This document shows, in pieces, positions 26,296-35,786 of a stretch of 64,000 bases of DNA. The notes below the pieces were generated by a model. It made no database searches. It saw nothing but the letters and a program-made list of their open reading frames with translations, and was not told the DNA's origin. The stretch is from positions 24,064 to 88,063 of the forward strand of contig CAYHMC010000005.1 of assembly GCA_964357615.1 (NCBI GenBank), in the 5' to 3' direction. The position numbers and the translations under genes are program-made. Each line of letters begins with the position of its first letter. Within the stretch, counting starts at the first letter, position 1. This stretch comes from an uncultured Candidatus Saccharibacteria bacterium (GTDB lineage: Bacteria; Patescibacteriota; Minisyncoccia; UBA6257; JACOXY01).

Positions 26296-27648
26296 ATGAA
26301 ATTGAGTGCTTCTTTACAATTTAAAATCGATTCTCATCCGACCCTTACGACATTGAGATCTTTTTCATATTCAACTAATAACCGATTTGAAAGTTTGTCA
26401 AAAAATCTGTCATCAAAAATAAAATTTGGTGGTTCTGCTTCTATTCCAATTCCGAGATTTTTTGATGGAAGCAAGGTTTGGAAAGATTACTTAAGCCCAA
26501 TAAGAAATCAACAAAGATGTGGTTCATGTTGGGCTTTCGCAAGCACAAGCACACTTGCAGATCGATTTAATATTCAATCGAAAGGAAAAATGAAAATAGA
26601 GCTATCACCAACCAAACTTATACTTTGTGATTTTCTTAAAGATGAAATATTAAATCAATCTTCTTTAGAAGAGAAAAACGATCTTAATATAAAAAGTATT
26701 AAAAATGGGGCTTGTCAAGGCAATAGTTTGATCGATGCTTGGAAATATTTATATATTATAGGAACCAATTCTGAAGCATGTGTTCCATATGATAAATCAC
26801 TTGGAAATAAACTCGATTTTACAAGCCTATCCAAGTTTGAAAAAGACGAACAACTTCCTCTATGTGATATCACAGGACCACTTGGTGATATGTGTGTCGA
26901 TGTCAGCATGGATAAATATTCTGGCTTTGAATATGGAACACCAGCTAGATTTTATAGATGTTTTCATTACTACAGTATACCTGGTGTTTCAAAAGATGGT
27001 GGAAGTGACATAAATATATGTTCAGATATATATCATTGGGGGCCTGTTTCAACTGGTATGATGATATATCCAGATTTCTATACTTTCGATGCTAAAAATG
27101 AAATATACGAATGGAATGGCAAAGATGGACCAATTGGCGGACACGCAATAGAAATAGTTGGATGGGGTGAGAAAGGCGATAAAAAATACTGGATAATAAA
27201 AAATTCTTGGGGTGATAATTGGGGTAGAAATGGTTATTTTTATATGATTCGAGGAAAGAACAATTGTCAGATCGAAGAGAATGTAATCAGTGGTCTTCCA
27301 GATTTCTTTTATTCAAAAACTTACACACTGGGCAATATCGGTTCGAATTGGTCTGAATCTGAAACCGATATTAAAAGTAGACAAAAGATAACAAATGATT
27401 ATTCTGTTTTTGCAGGTGGTATAGATCCAGAAACAGGGTTCACAAGAAGAACTATGATAACTAAACCGTGGTATAATTTCTCAACCCCAATATCTGTTTC
27501 AGAATTACCTAATTGGAAAACATTTATTGCAGGCAAAGATGTAGTTTCTAAAAAAAGAAAAAAAACTTATGTTTTACTGTTTACTTTTATAATTTTTTTG
27601 ATTATTGTAACGATGATTGTGAAAATCGTGTATTGTGTTAAAAAATAA
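26296..27648 (+). CDS. Papain-family (C1) cysteine protease, cathepsin-B-like, with C-terminal membrane anchor
   Basis: QQRCGSCWAFAST (Gln oxyanion plus catalytic Cys); GGHAIEIVGWG (catalytic His); IIKNSWGDNWGRNGYFYMIRG...NNCQIE (Asn/Trp block). C-terminal hydrophobic TYVLLFTFIIFLIIVTMIVKIVY. Real start probably ATG 26296 (MKLSASLQ); start context AAAAATAAAATG. Confidence 0.8.
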   Translation: MKLSASLQFKIDSHPTLTTLRSFSYSTNNRFESLSKNLSSKIKFGGSASIPIPRFFDGSKVWKDYLSPIRNQQRCGSCWAFASTSTLADRFNIQSKGKMKIELSPTKLILCDFLKDEILNQSSLEEKNDLNIKSIKNGACQGNSLIDAWKYLYIIGTNSEACVPYDKSLGNKLDFTSLSKFEKDEQLPLCDITGPLGDMCVDVSMDKYSGFEYGTPARFYRCFHYYSIPGVSKDGGSDINICSDIYHWGPVSTGMMIYPDFYTFDAKNEIYEWNGKDGPIGGHAIEIVGWGEKGDKKYWIIKNSWGDNWGRNGYFYMIRGKNNCQIEENVISGLPDFFYSKTYTLGNIGSNWSESETDIKSRQKITNDYSVFAGGIDPETGFTRRTMITKPWYNFSTPISVSELPNWKTFIAGKDVVSKKRKKTYVLLFTFIIFLIIVTMIVKIVYCVKK

Positions 27649-27670
27649 ATTTCAAAAAACTTTTTTGAAA

Positions 27671-28021
27671 TTAATAAGTGAAATAAGTTGGATTATAAGT
27701 TGAAATCAACGCGACAAAATCATCATCTGTAAGTTGATGTGTTAATTCAGCATTGTTGGTTGCTAAATTAATAATATTTTTCATAACCTGTATATTCTTA
27801 TCAAACATAACTTTATGTTTTTTAGCAAAAGAAGAAATTACTTCTGGATCATAAGTTAAAAGAGTTTCATTGCTTGGTTCTTCAATATTATAATTCCAAA
27901 AGGTAATGTGGTCTATCTCAAATGTAAAAGATGTTTCACGACAGCATGTTCTTGGTATGGTTTGATTATTTTGAGAAAGATAATAACAAACATAATAGAA
28001 AAAGTTTCCAGCAAATGACAT
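27671..28021 (-). CDS. Hypothetical protein (116 aa)
   Basis: ORF. A class-1-like motif lies upstream of a 32-codon ORF at 28031..28130 rather than directly at this start, so the start may be mis-set or the gene frameshifted. Confidence 0.3.
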   Translation of the reverse strand: MSFAGNFFYYVCYYLSQNNQTIPRTCCRETSFTFEIDHITFWNYNIEEPSNETLLTYDPEVISSFAKKHKVMFDKNIQVMKNIINLATNNAELTHQLTDDDFVALISTYNPTYFTY

Positions 28022-28158
28022 TTATTATTAATGAAATTTTTTTAAATCAACTCCATTTTGTAACTCAAAGGTGTATCGATTGTAACTGGTATTCAATTGA
28101 TCAAAAACTTTAAAATCATTATTGTTACTCATTTAACTTTATCTTTTCAAAATTATTT

Positions 28159-28743
28159 TTAAAGTTTTTTAGAAGAAGAATAGATTTTAGGGGTAACTAA
28201 ACCTGAACCAGGTGGGGTTATTTTAGATTTTGTTTGAGCAATTGGATTTGATTTTTTTAAAACAGCGGATGCAGATGCCTTTGGAATACTTTTTGTTTTA
28301 ATTTCCGGTATTACAATTTTACTCAAACTCGGTTGTTTATTTGTCTTGAACATGGGATTAGAAACTGGTTCATCAATAAGTTTGTCATCTTCAATATCTT
28401 TGAAAAGTTGACTTAGTGAAATATGTTTGATTTCAAGATTATTGGAATTGATTGAAGAATCTGAAAGAATGCTTTGATTTTTATCTATAGAAATAAATGT
28501 TTTGTAGATTTCACGTCTTTCTTTCAGCTTCTTAAGTTGAAGTTTTAATTCTCTCATTTTGTCGAGAACATTCTTGATACTTTCAAATTCTTTTATGATT
28601 TCTATTTTCAAATCTTTCATTACTGAATCACATTCATCCTTTAAAAATTCGAGTTCTTCAGTTGGAATTTCAAGCATTCTTTCGTAGTTCAAAGGTTCGT
28701 TTAAAAAAATGTTTATCATGTGTTTTGTAGACATTCTTTTCAT
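28159..28743 (-). CDS. Hypothetical coiled-coil protein (194 aa)
   Basis: ORF; heptad-like K/E/L-rich region (LKLQLKKLKERREIYK). Confidence 0.4.
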   Translation of the reverse strand: MKRMSTKHMINIFLNEPLNYERMLEIPTEELEFLKDECDSVMKDLKIEIIKEFESIKNVLDKMRELKLQLKKLKERREIYKTFISIDKNQSILSDSSINSNNLEIKHISLSQLFKDIEDDKLIDEPVSNPMFKTNKQPSLSKIVIPEIKTKSIPKASASAVLKKSNPIAQTKSKITPPGSGLVTPKIYSSSKKL

Positions 28744-28779
28744 ATTTATTTTAAGTTAATTTAACTTAAAATTTAATTT

Positions 28780-29790
28780 TTATGTTTGCTTTTGAACAAC
28801 ACGTCGAGCTTGTGGTTTGGACTTTGGTTTCTCTTTTTCTGGTTCAGGCTTGGTTTCAAGTTTTGTATTCAAAACTAAGGTTGGTTGATCTTCATCTTCA
28901 GAATTCTCGACACTTCCATTTCCTTCTTCACTTGAATTTTTGGTTTCACTTTCGTTTTCGTTTTCATCAACTGTATCAGTATCGTTAAGATTTTTTCCAT
29001 TAGAAGCCATAACCATCTTAGTTTTAATTGGTTTGATGAAAGCAGTTCTTGGGCCAGATTCTACAAGTTCTACATTTGCTACTTCTGTAACCTTAATTTG
29101 AAGAATAATTTTTCCAGAACCAATATAGAGAGATTCAATCTTCAAAACACATTGAACGTAACAATATCGTTTAAGTAGTGATAACGGTTCAATATCAGCA
29201 CCATAAACATCTCTGAAAACGGTTGAAATAGAATTCGTTTTCTTAGATTCTAATAACTTTGCATACAAAGTTGGACCCTTGCTTTTATCAATCACTTCAT
29301 TGGTAACATCATCTTTCTTTTGAAAGAGTGGATTATATTTTTCTTGAAGCGATTGACCTCTTGGAACCCCAAAATCTTGTGGCTTGGTATCAACACAAGA
29401 TTTGACATATTTACACAGGTCTTCGAAAGAACTAATCCAATTCTTTTCTTCTTCTGTTGGTCCATCTCTACTCCACAAACACAAAGGAAGAGTATATCCA
29501 CTGCGTTGAGTAGGATCATTAAAACTTTTATTTTCAGATACACCGAATGAGAATACACGAGGAGTTAAAATAAGAAGATCACCATAAGTATTATCACTAT
29601 TTTTAGTAGCAATATTAACACGTTTATAACTAATTGTGCTGTTTGGAACTTTGTTCACGCTTACATCTGAGAATAACATATTTTTAGTTTTAAATTTTTC
29701 GAATGTAGTTAATTGATTTACTTTCTTCATTCCATCTACGCCTTTGAAAACAATTTTAGCATAACCTGAAGTATTGACTGATTTTGACAT
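28780..29790 (-). CDS. Hypothetical protein with acidic then basic C-terminal tail (336 aa)
   Basis: ORF; class-1 motif upstream (29808..29843). C-terminus reads ENENESETKNSSEEGNGSVENSEDED then KPEPEKEKPKSKPQARR. Confidence 0.45.
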   Translation of the reverse strand: MSKSVNTSGYAKIVFKGVDGMKKVNQLTTFEKFKTKNMLFSDVSVNKVPNSTISYKRVNIATKNSDNTYGDLLILTPRVFSFGVSENKSFNDPTQRSGYTLPLCLWSRDGPTEEEKNWISSFEDLCKYVKSCVDTKPQDFGVPRGQSLQEKYNPLFQKKDDVTNEVIDKSKGPTLYAKLLESKKTNSISTVFRDVYGADIEPLSLLKRYCYVQCVLKIESLYIGSGKIILQIKVTEVANVELVESGPRTAFIKPIKTKMVMASNGKNLNDTDTVDENENESETKNSSEEGNGSVENSEDEDQPTLVLNTKLETKPEPEKEKPKSKPQARRVVQKQT

Positions 29791-29843
29791 TTTTTATAGT
29801 AAATGGCTATTTTTTAAAATCATTTTTAAAAAATTTTTTTGTC

Positions 29844-30872
29844 TTAATTTTTATTTTTAAAAAAGTTTTCTAATCTAGGGAAGAATTGAAGTTCATTTAA
29901 GATTTTTTGTTTCATTTGTCTAATGTAAGGCAATCTCTCCTCATAAAGATTATTGTTGATAGCGTGTATAATTATGTTAATGTCTTTTTCAAAGTTAGAC
30001 AATTCAAGGTAGATAAAAGCTTTGTCATCGATATAATTTTTAATATTTGGACAACCACAATAGAAAACCAAACATTCGCTTAGTATACCATCTATTAGTT
30101 TTTCAGTAAAGTAATTAGGTAGAAAATGGTTTTCGCAATTAAAAGTATATTTGTAGGGGATGAGTGCGTTATCTTTTTGATGATAAGGAAGTGAACCTTT
30201 ATAATTCTTGTAATTCCATTTATTGTCACCGTAAACATGAACAACTATATGCTTTTCGATGAATCTGACAAAATTGATTCTTTTAACGTGCCCTATATCT
30301 GAATACTTAGAACTCAAAACTGTTGACAGTTCCTTGTTATAAATTTTTCTAAAAGTAAAATTTGAAAGCTGATTATACGTTAAAGAAATATGCCATTCAC
30401 AATTGTTAAATTCATTCTTGTTTTCATGTTTGAAAACTTTTAAAAAATCTGAAGGGTTTGGATCAGCCCATTCTTTCCAGATATTGATATTGTCTTTCAT
30501 TTTCGGTTCCATTCTAAATACAATAGTTTTTTTTCTGTCATATTTTTCATTTGGGTCGAAAACACCATTGATGATAACCCAATAATCTGGTTCTTCATTG
30601 ACAACTAAAACGATATTATTCCAAGTATAGTTACCTTTACTCATCTTATTCCACAAAGAAGTTAGTTTATCGCTTGAACACCAGTTGCAGAGAAGTTTAA
30701 TTTTGATTTGTTTGAAATCTGGCTTAATTATCTCTTTGTTAACAACGTTCTTATTTGAGGATTCCTTGAGAAAATTATAAAGCGTTTCAAACTTGTTGTT
30801 CAAACAGATTTTGTATACTTCATCAAAATTTTTTTTTAGTATTTCATCATTCAATTTGTTTTCGATTGACAT
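29844..30872 (-). CDS. Glycosyltransferase family 10 (alpha-1,3-fucosyltransferase)-like protein
   Basis: C-terminal KYTFNCENHFLPNYFTEKLIDGILSECLVFYCGCPNIKNYIDDKAFIYLELSNF matches the FucT signature FxxENSxxxDYxTEKxxxxLxxGxVPVVxGP...P.AFI.VDDF. Confidence 0.55.
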   Translation of the reverse strand: MSIENKLNDEILKKNFDEVYKICLNNKFETLYNFLKESSNKNVVNKEIIKPDFKQIKIKLLCNWCSSDKLTSLWNKMSKGNYTWNNIVLVVNEEPDYWVIINGVFDPNEKYDRKKTIVFRMEPKMKDNINIWKEWADPNPSDFLKVFKHENKNEFNNCEWHISLTYNQLSNFTFRKIYNKELSTVLSSKYSDIGHVKRINFVRFIEKHIVVHVYGDNKWNYKNYKGSLPYHQKDNALIPYKYTFNCENHFLPNYFTEKLIDGILSECLVFYCGCPNIKNYIDDKAFIYLELSNFEKDINIIIHAINNNLYEERLPYIRQMKQKILNELQFFPRLENFFKNKN

Positions 30873-30916
30873 TTCTAATTTAATTTTTTTTTTTAATTCA
30901 TATTGTCATTAAAAAA

Positions 30917-31648
30917 ATGCCTGTATATGGTGGAGGTAAAGCTCGTCTTGGAAAAGAGATTCATAACGTAATTAAGCTTATTGAAGCAGAATTAAACTGG
31001 GGGACAAATCATGTTTATTTCGAACCATTTTGTGGTTTGCTAGGAGTTCAAATTCATTTTGCAAAAGAAAATAGAAAATGTGTTGCATGTGATGCAAACG
31101 CTAATATAATAAAATTATTTTCTGCTTTAAAAGAAGGTTGGATTCCACCTGAAAAATGCGATGAAAAAACATTTGATAAACTCAAGAAATCAGATGAAAG
31201 TTCGGCCTTAAAAGGTTTTGTCGGCGTTGCATGTAGTTATTCTGGAATATATTTTTCTGGATATAGAACAAAGGCTGGAACACGTGATTATATTCAAAAT
31301 TCGAAAAATGGATTTTTAAAGATGGTTCCGTATTTGCAATCCATCAAATTTATGAAAGCTAGAGATTACAGAAAATTTAAACCGGTTGGTATGACTATTT
31401 ATTGTGATCCACCTTATAAGGGTAATGGATTTCATTCTGAATATTTTGTCAACTTTGATTCTAAAAGTTTCTGGGATACGATGCGTGAATGGTCAAAAAA
31501 TAATCTCGTTATAATTTCTGAATACGAAGCACCGAAAGATTTCATTTGTGTTTGGAGAAAACAAATGAAATCGAATTATAATATTTCTGTGATACATAGA
31601 ACTGAAAAACTTTTTATTTATAGCGACAGTCTGTCAGAAACCGATTAA
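30917..31648 (+). CDS. N6-adenine DNA methyltransferase, Dam (D12 class) family
   Basis: Ordered motifs MPVYGGGKARLGKEI (Dam GGK), FEPFCGLLGV (FxGxG AdoMet motif I), TIYCDPPY (DPPY catalytic motif IV). Size 243 aa is similar to E. coli and T4 Dam. Confidence 0.75.
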   Translation: MPVYGGGKARLGKEIHNVIKLIEAELNWGTNHVYFEPFCGLLGVQIHFAKENRKCVACDANANIIKLFSALKEGWIPPEKCDEKTFDKLKKSDESSALKGFVGVACSYSGIYFSGYRTKAGTRDYIQNSKNGFLKMVPYLQSIKFMKARDYRKFKPVGMTIYCDPPYKGNGFHSEYFVNFDSKSFWDTMREWSKNNLVIISEYEAPKDFICVWRKQMKSNYNISVIHRTEKLFIYSDSLSETD

Positions 31649-33807
31649 GATAATCTAATGTAGAAGTGATCATTCTCTTTGGAAATTCCAATAGATCGTT
31701 CTTTGAGGGTGAATTCGCTTTTAGCTTTTTCATAAAAATGCCATAGATTTTGTCTATCTTTTTTGCCTTCACGATAGAATTTAGATGCAATAAACCAGTC
31801 ATCTTTGTCTTGGTTTTCAAGTTCATCATAAAGATATGAAAAGAGCTCTTTTCCAACTTCACCAAGATCTTTTTCATAAATAAATTTAGATTCTTTACTG
31901 TCAAGTTTGATTTGTAGTTTTTCTTTTGAAACTGGAATATCGTTTTGAATTCCTTTTCTGATTTGTTCAATTTCTTCTTTCGCCTTAGATTTTTTAAGAG
32001 AACTTTTTCTATTTTCGAAATCTGCTTCTTCCAATTCGATTTTTCTATCTTCAGCTTCCCAATCCCAACCACCGTAAATCGAATCATCATCAACTTTTGA
32101 AATTTTACAACTGACTTTTGGGTTAGTAAATCGTCTTTTACTACATTTCTCTCTTGAAATTGGAATTCGTATAATAACTTCTTTAATAGCAATGTCTTTC
32201 TGTTCATTTTCGAGACTTCTCTCAAGTAATTCTTCCTGTGCATGGTAAGCTTTGATAATATCTTCATTAACGTTACTGTAAACAGTTAGAGGAATTGTAT
32301 CATAGTAGATACCACACAAACGACCAACAACCTGCAGTATACTTGCTTGATTGGAAGATTGAGAAACCATCAAAAACATTTCTGTGAGATGCCATGGAAT
32401 CTGTTTTTTGGAAATCATTTTATCATATGTTGAAGTAAACGTGATACCACGATCTGCTTTCTTACCTGCAATAATCATGATATGTTTGTGATTTTCAATT
32501 CCTCTTTCTTGAAGAAAATCGAAAATTTTTGAAATGTGACAATCAAGAAAAGTATGAATTCCGTTTTTGAACTCGTATTTCTTAGCATCTTCAATTTTGA
32601 TTTTTTCATTTAGAGAAGAATGATAAAGACCTATTCCGTGGTTACCGCCATTATAAGTAATAACAGTGATATCTTTGTGTTTGGCCTTGATATAATTTCC
32701 AAGCCACAATATGGTTTCAACAATACCTGTTACTCTAACAAGAGAAATAACAGGGTGATACTGTGATCCATAACTGTATATTTTTGACTTTGAAAAGGTA
32801 TCAATGTAGTTTTGTAAACTTGGAATAAGAATAAATGGATCGTGATCCCTTAAAGAACAAAAATTTCCGATAACACTTTGAAAGTGAATCTCTGAGATAG
32901 ATTTGTAATGCTTCGGTTTGGGCATTAAATAAACATTAGCAACACCGATTTCTTCTTTCATAAGAGAAGAAATCGGTGTTGCTGTTACGTTCCAAATTAC
33001 GCTTGTTGCTAATTTCAACTTGATCAAACTTTCCTGAGAAATGTTTTTAGCTCCAGAATCAACAAAATCAGATTCGTCAAAAATAGATACGATACGCTTT
33101 GATTGTGTTTTTTCAATAGCGATAATTAATGGTTCAATATCGCTTTCACTTCTCAATGAAACAAAAATATAAGATCTGTTTGTTGTTACAGCGTTCGAAA
33201 TCTCTTTTTCAATAGTGTTTCGTCCTCTATCGAAATTGATCAACGCAACGCGTGTTTCTAACGTCTTCAATTTTTTCTCATATTTTTTTCTAGTATTTTC
33301 AAGTCTATCAAAAAACTGTTTCATTGCATCGATAGAATTTTGAATGAGAATGATGCTTGAAATTCTATAAACAAGATAGTAATACAAACAAATAGAAATG
33401 ATTAACCATGTTTTTCCAGACTGCATATGCCCTTTAATCAATTTATTTGCGTTTGCAGATTCTAGAAAGCCGAAAAGAAACATTCCATTTATCCTTGTGA
33501 AAACGATATCGTTATCAATATCGTTTACAAGTGTTGAAAAGAATGGACAAGACTTACAAATAAGCTCTAAAACATTTTTTCTGAAATTTAGAGTTTCGAT
33601 GTATTCAACAAGTTCAAATCTGGAAACTTGAAACAGTTTTTTGCTTTGTTTTTGCCTAATATAAAATGAAGATTTGACGTTGTCATCGTCTTCTTTATCA
33701 CGTGTTCTAATCACAAAAAAATTAAACATATCATCATTCTTTAGTTTATATGAACATTTATACGTCTTGTTATCAACTGGTATTTTAGACACATCGATTT
33801 TAATCAT
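31645..33807 (-). CDS. SF2 helicase, poxvirus D6 / early-transcription-factor small-subunit (VETF-S)-like
   Basis: Walker A KGHMQSGKTWLII (compare vaccinia D6 FHIMGSGKTII); Walker B IVSIFDESDF (D6 IFIVDEAHN); motif III NVTATP; motif VI LQVVGRLCG (D6 QILGRSIRK). 720 aa. Class-1 motif upstream (33820..33860). Confidence 0.55.
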   Translation of the reverse strand: MIKIDVSKIPVDNKTYKCSYKLKNDDMFNFFVIRTRDKEDDDNVKSSFYIRQKQSKKLFQVSRFELVEYIETLNFRKNVLELICKSCPFFSTLVNDIDNDIVFTRINGMFLFGFLESANANKLIKGHMQSGKTWLIISICLYYYLVYRISSIILIQNSIDAMKQFFDRLENTRKKYEKKLKTLETRVALINFDRGRNTIEKEISNAVTTNRSYIFVSLRSESDIEPLIIAIEKTQSKRIVSIFDESDFVDSGAKNISQESLIKLKLATSVIWNVTATPISSLMKEEIGVANVYLMPKPKHYKSISEIHFQSVIGNFCSLRDHDPFILIPSLQNYIDTFSKSKIYSYGSQYHPVISLVRVTGIVETILWLGNYIKAKHKDITVITYNGGNHGIGLYHSSLNEKIKIEDAKKYEFKNGIHTFLDCHISKIFDFLQERGIENHKHIMIIAGKKADRGITFTSTYDKMISKKQIPWHLTEMFLMVSQSSNQASILQVVGRLCGIYYDTIPLTVYSNVNEDIIKAYHAQEELLERSLENEQKDIAIKEVIIRIPISREKCSKRRFTNPKVSCKISKVDDDSIYGGWDWEAEDRKIELEEADFENRKSSLKKSKAKEEIEQIRKGIQNDIPVSKEKLQIKLDSKESKFIYEKDLGEVGKELFSYLYDELENQDKDDWFIASKFYREGKKDRQNLWHFYEKAKSEFTLKERSIGISKENDHFYIRLS

Positions 33808-33884
33808 TTGTGATTTCAGAAAAAAAAAAATTTAAAATCATTTTTAAAATTTAAAAACAAGCTGATTTTGATAAGAGAAACTGA

Positions 33885-34154
33885 ATGAAAACATGCTTCG
33901 AAATCGCTAAAAACATAACGAGTGAAAGCGTTGAAAATATACTTTTTCTAAAACAAAAAATTAAAGAGGTATTAAAACTAGAAACATTAAATTTCAAAGT
34001 ATCAAGTTTCAACTTTGGTTGGGCATCCAAAACCATCGATTTAATAATTGAAAACGAAAGCAGATTGTATCATATAAACATTTTGAGTAACGATCTATTC
34101 GTCCTTCCTCCAGATTGCAAAACTCCAATGAATTGCAAGTGTTATCAAGCCTAA
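33885..34154 (+). CDS. Small hypothetical protein (89 aa)
   Basis: ORF only. Confidence 0.25.
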   Translation: MKTCFEIAKNITSESVENILFLKQKIKEVLKLETLNFKVSSFNFGWASKTIDLIIENESRLYHINILSNDLFVLPPDCKTPMNCKCYQA

Positions 34155-34466
34155 TTATTTTTTAGGCCAACCAGATTTGAAGGTTACATTAAACCGAGAA
34201 GAAATGTTTCTTTTCGAACCTGCTAAAGTTGGTTTATTCCAGAGTAACCATTTACTCCAAAAACCAGCCGTTTTAATACCGCTTTTATTCCAGTTTTCAT
34301 TTTTTTTGTGTCGTGTTGTATATCGTTTCATTCTTTCTTTATCCTTATGTTTAGTGTAATCACTCATACCTTTAGCACCGAAATGAATAGTTTTTCCATT
34401 TACACGAACCATAAACTTTTTTCCAGGCTTATTGGATTTTTTAAGATAAACGATTGTTCGAGTCAT
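34155..34466 (-). CDS. Small highly basic protein (103 aa, K/R-rich), possible nucleic-acid-binding
   Basis: ORF; roughly 30% Lys/Arg, no Cys. No homology recognised. Confidence 0.35.
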   Translation of the reverse strand: MTRTIVYLKKSNKPGKKFMVRVNGKTIHFGAKGMSDYTKHKDKERMKRYTTRHKKNENWNKSGIKTAGFWSKWLLWNKPTLAGSKRNISSRFNVTFKSGWPKK

Positions 34467-34505
34467 TTTCTTTTATTTAAAAAAATCTAAATAAAAAAGA
34501 AAAGA

Positions 34506-34823
34506 ATGTCAACGAATGTATTTAAACTTGGATTTTTTGATTACGAAAATAATATTTTGTGCTCAGAAAAATTTGAAAAGAAAGTGAAAAGTATCATTAA
34601 AAAGAATATAACAATTATTCCAAGTGAGAAACTCAAAGAAATTTATTACAAGCTTGACAAGTATACTGAAAAATGTATCAACGAAATTGAGAGATCAAAA
34701 ACGGAAGATACAATTGGAAATTTAAGAGATGAAATAACGAATTTAAAAGACGAAATGAACCTGGCTTTTATGATTTCAACAATAATGATTAACATCAGCC
34801 TTTTTATGCATTTATTACATTGA
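34506..34823 (+). CDS. Hypothetical protein (105 aa)
   Basis: ORF followed immediately by a perfect hairpin. Confidence 0.35.
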   Translation: MSTNVFKLGFFDYENNILCSEKFEKKVKSIIKKNITIIPSEKLKEIYYKLDKYTEKCINEIERSKTEDTIGNLRDEITNLKDEMNLAFMISTIMINISLFMHLLH

Positions 34824-34850
34824 CAACTTTAACTTTTGGTTAAAGTTGTC
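34822..34850. terminator. Perfect hairpin GACAACTTTAAC-ttttg-GTTAAAGTTGTC (12-bp stem) overlapping the stop codon of 34506..34823
   Basis: Inverted repeat read from the sequence; its first bases are the GA of the TGA stop. Confidence 0.5.
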
Positions 34851-35084
34851 TATACCTGGTGTCAACAGCAAAGAAACACTACATCGAAGTTTGTAGCACC
34901 TAGAGACAACCGAATTATGATATTTCATAATATCGTAATATAGAAAAAAGTATTCAAAACAAGTCGTAATTTCATAATTACATTTCGAACTATTTTACAA
35001 CCCTAATTAATTTTTTTATATCAATACCATTAAAACGAATTTACTTTTCGTTTGAATTAAAAAAGAAATATTATAAACAAAAGA

Positions 35085-35786
35085 ATGCCTGTCAAACGCG
35101 AAATCATATATCCTTTTTTTCTCGAATGCTGTGAATATGCAAATGATACCTTCTGGGAAGCTGTGTTTGAAAAACTAGCTTATGGAAGATCACCTCAAGG
35201 CACATACATATGTAAAGATTATTTGTGCTGTGGATACAAGGGCAAAGAATTTACTTATAAAATAGAACGAAAGAATATAGAAGAATTATATTCTGAAATT
35301 TATACTTTATTAACAGACAAACTCGGTTTATTTTCTCGTAAAGAAAAAGATAAAAAGAAGACGCTTTTCTACGAGGTGGAAAAAAATAACAATTATTCTA
35401 AACAAAACTGGAAAGACATAAGAAAGAAAAATATTAAAGATTCTTTATACGAACATTATGTTTTAAGAATGAAAACTATACACGATTTAGACTATAAACA
35501 ATGTAGATATTTACTAGCTTTAGTTCTGCTTGCTGTTTCATTTAAAATTTTAACATCAAAAGAAATTGTTTATGAAAATGGAAAAATCAAAGACATAATC
35601 ATATTTGATTTTGTTAAGAACGAAAAAAAGAATAATCAAACCGAAATTATTGTTAATAAAAACTTTTACGATTTTGAAATCAGAAACAAGGCTGATGAAA
35701 TTGAAGAAGACGAAAAGAAATATTTTGAAGACAATTGGAACCGATATTTAATGCACATCGAAAATTTAATTAAATTTTGTGATTAA
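35085..35786 (+). CDS. Hypothetical protein (233 aa)
   Basis: ORF; N-terminal Cys pairs (ECCEY...CKDYLCCGY); no confident motif. Confidence 0.4.
   Translation: MPVKREIIYPFFLECCEYANDTFWEAVFEKLAYGRSPQGTYICKDYLCCGYKGKEFTYKIERKNIEELYSEIYTLLTDKLGLFSRKEKDKKKTLFYEVEKNNNYSKQNWKDIRKKNIKDSLYEHYVLRMKTIHDLDYKQCRYLLALVLLAVSFKILTSKEIVYENGKIKDIIIFDFVKNEKKNNQTEIIVNKNFYDFEIRNKADEIEEDEKKYFEDNWNRYLMHIENLIKFCD

Noticed and set aside
34857-35000. Possible tRNA in the long GC-richer spacer (TTCGAAC resembles a T-loop)
   Set aside because: I could not assemble a 7-bp acceptor stem, D-arm and anticodon arm with correct spacing. Only isolated short hairpins are present.
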